Source: Candidatus Fermentibacteraceae bacterium
Lineage (GTDB): Bacteria; Fermentibacterota; Fermentibacteria; Fermentibacterales; JCC-6
Direction: 5' to 3'
Assembly: GCA_041686025.1 (NCBI GenBank)
Contig: JAWLEP010000002.1
Span: 1-25,598, forward strand
DNA length: 25,598 nt
The notes beneath the pieces are model-generated. The model saw nothing but the letters and a program-made list of their open reading frames with translations. It was not told the DNA's origin and searched no databases. The position numbers and the translations under genes are program-made. This document shows positions 1-7,879 of the stretch, in pieces. The first letter of the stretch is position 1. Each line of letters begins with the position of its first letter.

Positions 1-259
1 GGGATGCCGCCTTGCGAAAGACTCGCAAGAATGGAAAACGGCGGAGATAGTGTTGCATCTAGACCGGCGAATCTGTTGCACTCGTAACCGGCGTTGACAT
101 ATCCCCTTGGTCATTGATGCTGACGCTGGGATCTCCCGTAGGTGATGCGGCTTCTCTCACCTCTGAGAGGCTCTTATGGTCTACATCCCTGTCTTCTTGA
201 AATCCAGTTTCCTATTGCTTCAAGCATGTCCGACTTTCGGGATGCACCTCTGTTTCTGT

Positions 260-913
260 CTACTCAGGGTTGAATTTGTATGCTTCATAGTCTGCTTCTA
301 CTGCTTTCAGATCAACGTTCTTCTTTATGGAAAACACACCCATAGTGTCAGCCCGGCTGATTGTATCCAAGTACTTGAGAACAATATGGTAATGCGGCCG
401 ATTCCAGAAATCATGAATTATTATTCTAATCCTGCTGTTTTCATGACATGCAAGAACTATTTTTAGAGTACATGCTACTCGAAACCTTCCATCAACCAGC
501 GACAAATCAATTAGTGTGCTATCAATGGACTGAAAAACGTCTGATGAATACTTTTCAAAGGATTCCCTGAATTCTTCTGATTGCGGGTATCCCCAATCAC
601 CTAACGGACCAATGTTCACAGGAAATATATACAGCCGCTTGTTTTGAAAGAACCTGAATACGACATATTTCCGCATATACTCTATCCACTCGGCGCTTGA
701 CTCAACCGTGTAGATCATTGCTTTTGATTTCTGAATGGCTCGGAGGGTGCTACCGCCCAGTCCAAACTCCAGATAATGACGCGACTCTTTTATGGCCTCG
801 TCAAATATGGCTTTCTCATTTTCAGACATTCTAAACGGATAATAACGTGGATATGGAGAAAACGGGTCCAATCTTATCAATGTTCTTTTTATCAATGCCT
901 TTAGTGGCATCAT
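260..913 (-). CDS. Class I SAM-dependent methyltransferase, likely glycan O-methyltransferase-like (low GC)
   Basis: Motif I-like YLEFGLGGST, acidic VESS after beta2, DLSLVDGRFRVAC and IIHDFW. ATG at 913/910 preferred over the track start at 946. GC about 41% (49/120 at 481-600). Confidence 0.7.
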   Translation of the reverse strand: MMPLKALIKRTLIRLDPFSPYPRYYPFRMSENEKAIFDEAIKESRHYLEFGLGGSTLRAIQKSKAMIYTVESSAEWIEYMRKYVVFRFFQNKRLYIFPVNIGPLGDWGYPQSEEFRESFEKYSSDVFQSIDSTLIDLSLVDGRFRVACTLKIVLACHENSRIRIIIHDFWNRPHYHIVLKYLDTISRADTMGVFSIKKNVDLKAVEADYEAYKFNPE

Positions 914-959
914 ATTACTGTGACCCCATTGTGTTGCGCTTGACAATGATTGATCGGCT

Positions 960-1191
960 GTCTTTCAATACCTGCTCCAATTCAACAGATCAACAGGGGA
1001 GACAATTCGATATGGTTGTTTCGGCCAAGAGAGACTAGTCCATATATAGTTTGGCTCCGTCCGTCAACGTGGTGTATCAAGCGGAGGGGCGGTACGATCT
1101 GCACCTGAGCGGTTTCAGCTCCGGACTGTACATCCGCCGTATGAGAGCGGAATCGTTCTCGTCCACCGAGAGGTTCGTGGTCATAAGGTAG
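960..1191 (+). pseudogene. Remnant of a Por/T9SS type A C-terminal sorting domain (secreted protein 3' end)
   Basis: Frame +1 reads ...QFDMVVSAKRD*SIYSLAPSVNVVYQAEGRYDLHLSGFSSGLYIRRMRAESFSSTERFVVIR*. SIYxL, SGLY and terminal ERFVVIR* (TAG 1189-1191) resemble the CTD consensus. Internal TAG at 1036-1038 and no plausible N-terminus. Left boundary is approximate. Confidence 0.55.
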
Positions 1192-1263
1192 GAGGGAGCG
1201 ACCGGGAAGTCCCTGTACCCGGCCGGTTCCTCTTCCGGTGCGCGGCTCAATGCCGTGCTGCCC

Positions 1264-2982
1264 TCAAGGCAACTTATCGCCTTTGTCTGCCCTTCCTCGG
1301 CCGGGCATCTGACATTTTCCCGTTGAGCTCACTGTTCCGGGCCTGACCACGGTCCCCATCCGGGGCGAAGCGCCCTGCTTCCGCCTGCAGCTGAATACAC
1401 GGGCGTCTGTCAGGAGATCGGCCGGGGACCCCGACCATACCAGCCGGCACTCCATGCCGGCGGCGGCGGCCGTTCCCAGGACGGCTTCGGTGTTTCCACG
1501 GCGGACCATAACCAGGGGCTGCCGGTCGGAGAAGGCCTGCAGCGCCCCGTGAAGGGCACGGGCGCGGGAAGCGTGGAAGATGGGGACCCCTTCCGTCATC
1601 AGGGCTGCCAGGTTCTGGGGCTGCTCCCAGGAGGTGGTGATCACCGCGCCACCATTGCTCCTCAGAGCATCTATCGTTTCCTGCTCCCGCAGCCTCTTGG
1701 CCGTCAGCACCGAGAGGGAAGCGGCGGTGGACAACAGACCCACCGCCAGTACGGAACAGACCAGGCTTCGGGGGGGCTTCCCGCCGATGAAGAGGGCGGC
1801 AAGGAGGAAGAGGAACATCCCGTGGCGGAACCCCCACGACAGGTCCTCGGTGTGCATGGGGCTCATCAGCAGTACCATGAGGAGGACCACGCCCCCGACG
1901 GCGTAGAGGAACCGCCTCGGCGGACGGGCCAGCCAGAGGACGGGAAAGATCACCAGGGGGTGCTGCACCGCCACCGTGTCCAGGGAGGGAAGACCGCGGA
2001 CGAACATGGCCGCCAGGGGGACTACCGACAGGGCCAGCCCCGCATACGCGAAGGCCCTGGAGCTGCGTCCGCGGGTGGCCAGCCTCATGGCCCAGGAGGC
2101 CCAGAGGGCCAGCCCCAGGGCCAGGCCCTCCCAGCCGAAACCGGGGAAGGCGTTGATGAAGGCCCTCCTGACGATGTAGAAACGGGCCTCCATCCAGGAC
2201 ATCTCGGAGGCGTACAGCTCCTGCTGGATCCCGCTGGCCCCCAGGTGAACACCCAGCCACTGGCCGGTGAGGAGCCTCTGGAGGGCCAGGAACACGGCAG
2301 CGGCCAGGAGGACGGAAGCGATCAGGCGCCCGGTCCCGGGCCGGCGGGGCAGGAACATCAGGAAAAGCGGGTAGACCAGGACCATCTCTTCTCGGAGGAC
2401 CAGGGCTGCGGCCGCCAGCACCGCAGCGGCGACTGTCCTGCCCCGCCGCAGCAGCAGCAGGCTGCCGAAGGCCAGGGCCAGGGCCAGGGTGTTGGAGAAA
2501 AAGGTGGCCATGTAGAAGGGCAGGCCGGTACAGAGGACGAACAGCAGCAGCCGCAGGCCGAAGGGATAGCCGCTTTCAGCGGTGGCCACCGCCAGCAGAT
2601 ACACCAGCACCACCCCCGCCAGCAGGCCGGGCAGGTAGATGCCCCACTGGCCCAGGGTCAGGTGGAAGGGCACCGCCAGCAGGGCCAGCAGCGGGTTGTA
2701 CTGGCTGTAGAGCCCGCCGTCCTCCATGTAGCCGTAGTGGCCGGGGAGGGGCCTGAGGGTCTCGGCCAGACCGGTGCCCTCCAGCCCCTGCGAGCCCGGG
2801 TAGGGAAGCTCTGGGGGAAACTCCAGACGGCGGGACAGCGACCAGGTCTGCAGGTACCTGTTGCCCTCGTCCATGCACCAGAAGGACTCCCCGGGGAGCA
2901 GGAACACGAAGGCCGCCATCGCCGCCAGGATGATGGCCGCTGCTGCGATCCTGCCTGTCGGGCCTCCGGCGGCTTCGGGCAT
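1264..2982 (-). CDS. Polytopic membrane protein, putative GT-C fold glycosyltransferase
   Basis: N-terminal TM helix, first external loop with FWCMDEG acidic motif, SQYNPLLALLAVPF, about 10 further hydrophobic segments, LREE motif, soluble C-terminal domain. Confidence 0.55.
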   Translation of the reverse strand: MPEAAGGPTGRIAAAAIILAAMAAFVFLLPGESFWCMDEGNRYLQTWSLSRRLEFPPELPYPGSQGLEGTGLAETLRPLPGHYGYMEDGGLYSQYNPLLALLAVPFHLTLGQWGIYLPGLLAGVVLVYLLAVATAESGYPFGLRLLLFVLCTGLPFYMATFFSNTLALALAFGSLLLLRRGRTVAAAVLAAAALVLREEMVLVYPLFLMFLPRRPGTGRLIASVLLAAAVFLALQRLLTGQWLGVHLGASGIQQELYASEMSWMEARFYIVRRAFINAFPGFGWEGLALGLALWASWAMRLATRGRSSRAFAYAGLALSVVPLAAMFVRGLPSLDTVAVQHPLVIFPVLWLARPPRRFLYAVGGVVLLMVLLMSPMHTEDLSWGFRHGMFLFLLAALFIGGKPPRSLVCSVLAVGLLSTAASLSVLTAKRLREQETIDALRSNGGAVITTSWEQPQNLAALMTEGVPIFHASRARALHGALQAFSDRQPLVMVRRGNTEAVLGTAAAAGMECRLVWSGSPADLLTDARVFSCRRKQGASPRMGTVVRPGTVSSTGKCQMPGRGRADKGDKLP

Positions 2983-3028
2983 ATCACCGCTTCCAGGGCT
3001 GGGGTGGGGCCTGCGCCGTCCAGCGCAG

Positions 3029-3037
3029 AATGTACCA
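3029..3037 (-). promoter_or_regulatory. Putative extended -10 element for the GT-C-like gene
   Basis: Minus strand TG-G-TACATT, about 47 nt upstream of the ATG at 2982, in an otherwise GC-rich spacer. Confidence 0.35.
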
Positions 3038-3138
3038 CCCGCTCCCCCGGGGGGAAACCCCGATTCTGCCCCCGGTCCGGGATCGCGGGGAAGCCGTGTC
3101 CAGGGTGGTCGGGCTGTAGCCGGTCCTGCGGGGTCGGG

Positions 3139-6100
3139 CTAGCCGCCGTCTCCTACGCGGGCCGCCAGGCCCTCCGCCTCCTCGGCCCGGCCGGGCAGGC
3201 CCACCCGGCGGAAGGTCTCCGCCGCCGCCGACAGATGCTCGGTGGCCTCCGAGTGGTGGTCGGGTCCTTTCTCCGCCAGCAGACGTCCCAGCTCGAGGCC
3301 GGTCTCGGACATGTTGCTCTGCGCCGAGAAGTCCTGGTACAGCCCGAGGGCGCGCCTAAGCATGTCCTCGGCCATATCCGTCCTGCCGGCATCGGCATAA
3401 GCCAGCGCGAAGTGGTGAAGACAATCGGCCAGTACGATGTCCAGGACGTCTTCCGCATCGGCCTCCGCCTGTGAGAGCAGCTCCTCCAGCTGAGCATCAT
3501 CCGCCGACCCCGCCGCCGCCCTGGCCAGCAGACCCCTCATCGTCGGGGCCTGCCACTTCTCGTCCAGGTCGCGTGACATCTCCAGCGCCTTTTCGATCAG
3601 CTTCTCGGCCTCGGCCATGTCGCCTGCCAGGAGCGCGGCCCAGCCCAGATAGAGGTAGGCCTTCCATTCCTCCCTGCGTATGCCCTTCTCCGAGGCCAGC
3701 TCGAGAAGCTCCCCTGCGCTGCGCCGCATCCTCTCCACATCCCTCTCCCACATGGCCAGGTGGGCGTCGAGGCCCAGTCCTATGGTGATGTCGTGGGTGG
3801 AGACCAGCTCCCGGGAGATCCTGAGGTAGCTGTCGCAGTGACGGCGGGCCTCCCTCATTCGCCCGGCTCTGATGAGGCTGGGGACCAGCTCGCCGTGGCA
3901 TGAGTTGACCATGTACTTCTCGCCTATTTCCCTCACCGTCTTCATCTTCTGGGTGATCGCCTCGATGGCGTCCTCCCAGAGGCCCTGGCCCTCCAGGACC
4001 AGACCGATGTTGCCCAGGGTTACCGCGGCGTCCCTGCGCATGCCCATCTGCTTCGCCAGCTCCAGGGCCTTCCTGTAGTAATCTCCGGAGGTCTCCATGT
4101 CGCTCAGGGCCCAGTAGACTGTGGCCAGGGTGTTGTAGGCATAGCCCAGCAGACGCGGTCGTGCAGGCTCGGACTCCGGGATGGACAGAGCCGTTTCCAC
4201 CGCCTTTCGGGCATGCTTCATGCCCGCCTCCACGTCCCCCTGAACGGTCTTCACCCACGCACGGAATCCCGCGAACTTGACCGCGTACCTCGGGAGGATG
4301 CTCCCGGACTCGAGCAGACCGTTCTCGGCCTGCTTCACTATCTGCAGTGACTCATCGAACTTCCCGCGGACGAAGTGAATCTGCGCAATGGACTGCATGG
4401 CATTCACCCAGTGATCGGTGTTGGCCCCCAGATCGGCAACGGCCCGGTAGGTGTCCATGGCTCCGTCCAGCCGGCCGATTACGTCGAGGACGTCGGCCTT
4501 CAGGCGCAGGGCTTCGGAGAGCGATTCCTCCCGTCCCCCCAGCCTGTCGGCAATCTCGGCCGCCCTCTCCGCGTGGGCCAGCGCCTGCCGGTTCCTGTAC
4601 TCGTCCTTCGCCCGTCTGCCGGCGCGGAGGTTCTGCCGCAGCGCCGGGTCCCAGTCCTCGGCGAGCTCGTAGTGGTAGGCCAGAACCGCCGCGGGAGAGT
4701 CCATGCTCTCCAGTATTGCGGCCACCTGGCCGTGCAGCTTCCTTCTGCGCTCGCGGAGCAGCGAGTCGTAGGCCACGTCCCGTATCAGCATGTGGGAGAA
4801 GACATACTCCAGCTCCCGAAGCGTGGCGGAGTAGACGAGGCCGGCGGCGACGGTCTCCCGCAGGTCGGCCGTCACCTCCCTCTCCAGCAGCGACTGCACC
4901 AGCCGGCCGGAGAACTCCATTCCCACCACGCTGCCGATCCGCAGACACTCCTTGGCCCTGGCGCTGAGCCGGTCTATGCGGGCCATGATCATGGAGAACA
5001 CGTTGTCCGGCAGGGAATCCTCGGAGTAGTCGGGAGAGGGCCTCCAGGTATCGCCCTCCCGCACCAGCAGGTCCTTCTCCACCAGGTAGAGGACTATCTG
5101 CAGCAGGTAGAAGGGATTTCCCTGGGCCCGCTGCATGACGGTCAGCTCCACCTCCGGCTCCAGCCGGCCACCGTTCAGGGGACCTCCCACCAGCTGACGC
5201 CTGGCCCTGTCGTCCAGTCCCGACAGCTCCATGGCTTTCAGTGTCATGCCCGAGGGGGGCTCCAGTGCGAAACCCTCCGGACGCCGGGCCACCAGCACCG
5301 ACAGGGCCCGTTCGGGGCCCGGCATGGCCTTGCCCAGGAGGGTGCCCAGCTCTTCGACCTCCTCCTCTGAGAGAAGGTGGGAGTCGTCCAGGATCAGCGC
5401 TCCCGCCGGACCCAGGTCCCCGGCCAGCGCCCCCAGGCAGTCCAGGAGGTTCTCCCTCCGCAGCCGGGGGGTGAGGGCGGTGTAGGGCGAGTCCGGATAC
5501 TCCAGGCCCAGCAGCATGCTGCCGGGTACGCTCTCCATTCGGGCCAGGTCTTCTCCTCCGGCGGACAGCAGGGCCCCGGCCAGCTTGGAGCGGCGAAGCT
5601 CGGGGGAGTCGTCGGCCCCTATCCTGCAGATGCCGGTCAGCAGCGAGACCAGGTGGTCGTCCACTCCCCGCGGCTCCTCCGGGCGGGCCATCACCACCGT
5701 CATGCCCCCGGCCTCCAGTGCCGCCCGCAGCTCCTCCAGGAGCCTGGTCTTGCCCATGCCGGCCTCGCCGGTGAGCTCCACCAGGTTACCCGGGGTCTGC
5801 AGCATCCGGCCCAGCCTGGAGAGCTCCCTGTCCCTGCCCACGAAATCGTACCTTCGCACGTCCGAGGCCCCGTCGCCGGTGGGCACGAACCTCCGAATGG
5901 CGGATGACTTGCCCTTTGCCATCACCGGGGGAAGCTCCTCGAACCCCAGGTCGGCCACCGTGGCCCTCCTGGCGTCCTCGGAGACGACAATGGAGCCAGG
6001 CGCGGCGGTGTCCGCCAGACGGGCCGCCGTGTTCACCGAATCGCCTATCACCGTGTACTGGCGCCGCCACTCGCTGCCCACCACCCCCGCGTATGCGTAG

Positions 6101-6990
6101 CCGTAGCCGACCCCTATGCCCACGGAGACCTGCTCCAGGCCGGACAGGTCATCGAGGGCCCGTCTGCCGGCAAGGACGGCGTTCCGGGCATCGCGGCCGG
6201 TGGAGACGGGGGCCCCGAACAGCAGGAAGACCCGGCAGCCGTCGCTCATCATGCTGTCCACCAGCTGCAGTCGCCCGCCGAAACGGTGGGCAATGGAGGA
6301 GAGGCAGGCGTAGGCCGCCCCCAGCTCGCCTATGGGGGGCCTGGACGGGTCGTAGCCGTAGAGCCTTACGAAAAGGGCCGCCATCGAGCGGTGCTCGGCG
6401 GCCGGGGGGTCGACGGGTTCGTCCGGCCCATCCCTCCCGGGCGATGTCATGCCCCCGGAGGCGTCTCCGATGACGGGGGGCACGTAGAGCCTGGTGGAGG
6501 CGGTTCCGCCGTCCGGGTCGGACTCCCTCTCCAGCTGGGCCAGACGGGAGATCATGGGCCCGGTTAGAAGTATGTGGCGGTGGCCTCCGTGGGCCAGCAC
6601 CGTCTCCCCCCATCTGCCGGCTCCGTGGGTCACCGAGGCCCTCGGCCGGACCTCCCCCTCGGGGGTGTCGAAGCTCCCCAGGGCCGCCAGCCCCTGGTGT
6701 ATGGCCTGCGGACAGCCCGCCGCCCCGGCCGGGTCGGGCATCCGGGCGGTCACCGAGTCTCCGGCGAGGTAGAGGACCACGCCTCCGGCGTCCCTTACGG
6801 GCTCCAGGATGGCGCCCAGGGCGGAGTTCAGGACTTCCGTAAGCCTCTCGGTGCCGGCCTTCCCGTGCGCCCCCAGCCTCTCGGCAAGGCTGGTGAAGCC
6901 CGACAGGTCGGCGTTGAGGAGCGTCCCGGAGAATATCCTGGTGCCGGTGGATATCAGGTCCAGGTCAGGGCATACGAAGGGGTCGCGCAT
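3139..6990 (-). CDS. Class III adenylate/guanylate cyclase (two cyclase domains) + STAND P-loop NTPase + TPR array (sAC/ADCY10-like architecture)
   Basis: C1 NADLSGFT and LAGDS; C2 GYAYAGVVG and YTVIGDSVNTAARL; Walker A GEAGMGKTRL; Walker B LILDDSH; GNPFY; FSHMLIRDVAY; C-terminal TPR repeats. Start placed at ATG 6990 because the track TTG at 7062 coincides with a -35 box. Confidence 0.85.
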   Translation of the reverse strand: MRDPFVCPDLDLISTGTRIFSGTLLNADLSGFTSLAERLGAHGKAGTERLTEVLNSALGAILEPVRDAGGVVLYLAGDSVTARMPDPAGAAGCPQAIHQGLAALGSFDTPEGEVRPRASVTHGAGRWGETVLAHGGHRHILLTGPMISRLAQLERESDPDGGTASTRLYVPPVIGDASGGMTSPGRDGPDEPVDPPAAEHRSMAALFVRLYGYDPSRPPIGELGAAYACLSSIAHRFGGRLQLVDSMMSDGCRVFLLFGAPVSTGRDARNAVLAGRRALDDLSGLEQVSVGIGVGYGYAYAGVVGSEWRRQYTVIGDSVNTAARLADTAAPGSIVVSEDARRATVADLGFEELPPVMAKGKSSAIRRFVPTGDGASDVRRYDFVGRDRELSRLGRMLQTPGNLVELTGEAGMGKTRLLEELRAALEAGGMTVVMARPEEPRGVDDHLVSLLTGICRIGADDSPELRRSKLAGALLSAGGEDLARMESVPGSMLLGLEYPDSPYTALTPRLRRENLLDCLGALAGDLGPAGALILDDSHLLSEEEVEELGTLLGKAMPGPERALSVLVARRPEGFALEPPSGMTLKAMELSGLDDRARRQLVGGPLNGGRLEPEVELTVMQRAQGNPFYLLQIVLYLVEKDLLVREGDTWRPSPDYSEDSLPDNVFSMIMARIDRLSARAKECLRIGSVVGMEFSGRLVQSLLEREVTADLRETVAAGLVYSATLRELEYVFSHMLIRDVAYDSLLRERRRKLHGQVAAILESMDSPAAVLAYHYELAEDWDPALRQNLRAGRRAKDEYRNRQALAHAERAAEIADRLGGREESLSEALRLKADVLDVIGRLDGAMDTYRAVADLGANTDHWVNAMQSIAQIHFVRGKFDESLQIVKQAENGLLESGSILPRYAVKFAGFRAWVKTVQGDVEAGMKHARKAVETALSIPESEPARPRLLGYAYNTLATVYWALSDMETSGDYYRKALELAKQMGMRRDAAVTLGNIGLVLEGQGLWEDAIEAITQKMKTVREIGEKYMVNSCHGELVPSLIRAGRMREARRHCDSYLRISRELVSTHDITIGLGLDAHLAMWERDVERMRRSAGELLELASEKGIRREEWKAYLYLGWAALLAGDMAEAEKLIEKALEMSRDLDEKWQAPTMRGLLARAAAGSADDAQLEELLSQAEADAEDVLDIVLADCLHHFALAYADAGRTDMAEDMLRRALGLYQDFSAQSNMSETGLELGRLLAEKGPDHHSEATEHLSAAAETFRRVGLPGRAEEAEGLAARVGDGG

Positions 6991-7033
6991 GGTTGGCTGT
7001 AGTTCCCTCCCGTCGGCAGAGGCGTGAGAGTGC

Positions 7034-7062
7034 AAGATATTCCCGCGTCGAACCGGGAGCAA
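7034..7062 (-). promoter_or_regulatory. Putative sigma70 promoter for the cyclase gene
   Basis: Minus strand TTGCTC-N17-TATCTT between the mazG stop and the cyclase ATG. Confidence 0.5.
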
Positions 7063-7093
7063 GCCACTGCATAGAGCTTCCCGGGGAGGGCGG

Positions 7094-7879
7094 CTAGGGC
7101 TTCCCTTCGGCCTCCTTGGCCCGCTGCCAGTGCTCCTCCATGGTCTGCAGGTCCGCCTGGTGGAGGGAGATGCCCTCCTCGGAGAGGGACCGCTCCATGC
7201 GGGTGAAGCGGCGGATGAACTTGGCGTTGGCGTCCCGCAGGGAGGCCTCCGGCTCGAAGCCCATCAGACGGCAGTAGTTGACCACGCTGAACAGCAGGTC
7301 TCCCAGCTCTCGTCTCTGCTGATGGCTGTCGCCGCTGTCCAGGGCCTCCTCCAGCTCTTCCAGCTCCTCGCGGAGCTTCTCCCGGGCGCCCTCCGGCTCG
7401 GGCCAGTCGAATCCCACCTCGGAGGCCCGCTGCTGCAGCCGCCATGCCGCCTGCAGGGCAGGCAGGCTCGGGGGCAGGGAGCCGAAGAAGCCCTCATCCC
7501 CCTTCTCCCCGGACTTGATGGCCTCCCACTGCTGCTCCACCTCCTCCGGGGTCAGGCCCGACTCCTCGTCGAAGACATGGGGATGGCGGCGGACCAGCTT
7601 GGCGCGAATGCCCTCGGCCACTCCGGCCAGGTCGAACTCCCCCTCCTCCTCGGCAATGGTGCTCATCATGAGAACGTGCAGGAGGAGGTCGCCCAGCTCC
7701 CTGCGCACCTCGTCCATCGAGCCCCCGGAGATGGCGTCGGCCACCTCGTAGGCCTCTTCCAGCATGAAGGGCCGCAGCGAGGAGATGGTCTGCCTGCGGT
7801 CCCACGCGCAGCCCCCCGGGGAGCGGAGGGTCCGTACGGTGGCCAGCAGCTCGGCTATCGCCTCCAGCCGCCTATCCAT
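7094..7879 (-). CDS. mazG: Nucleoside triphosphate pyrophosphohydrolase MazG (tandem-domain)
   Basis: LRSPGGCAWDRRQT, EEAYEV, ELGDLL (twice), KLVRRHPHVF, GFDW, KFIRRF. ATG 7879 overlaps the lpdA stop (ATGGATAG). Confidence 0.93.
   Translation of the reverse strand: MDRRLEAIAELLATVRTLRSPGGCAWDRRQTISSLRPFMLEEAYEVADAISGGSMDEVRRELGDLLLHVLMMSTIAEEEGEFDLAGVAEGIRAKLVRRHPHVFDEESGLTPEEVEQQWEAIKSGEKGDEGFFGSLPPSLPALQAAWRLQQRASEVGFDWPEPEGAREKLREELEELEEALDSGDSHQQRRELGDLLFSVVNYCRLMGFEPEASLRDANAKFIRRFTRMERSLSEEGISLHQADLQTMEEHWQRAKEAEGKP

Noticed and set aside
1..260. Integron attC site after the low-GC gene
   Set aside because: No RYYYAAC...GTTRRRY-bounded long imperfect palindrome found; no integrase in the window.
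176..466. 96-aa + strand ORF
   Set aside because: Antisense to the well-supported methyltransferase; no motif or SD.
1036..1038. Programmed TAG readthrough or recoding in the CTD-like frame
   Set aside because: TAG is a normal stop for several genes here (lpdA, mazG, carD), and the flanking sequence looks decayed; a pseudogene is simpler.
1549..3474. 641-aa + strand ORF and many similar long shadow ORFs (e.g. 22013-24103, 23973-25433, 14322-15665)
   Set aside because: Antisense or alternate-frame shadows of recognisable genes, expected in high-GC DNA with few stop codons; compositions are unnatural.
3139..7879. mazG + STAND cyclase as a two-gene antiphage system
   Set aside because: MazG is the standard tandem housekeeping type coupled to lpdA, a separate promoter-like element lies between the genes, and there is no defence-island context.
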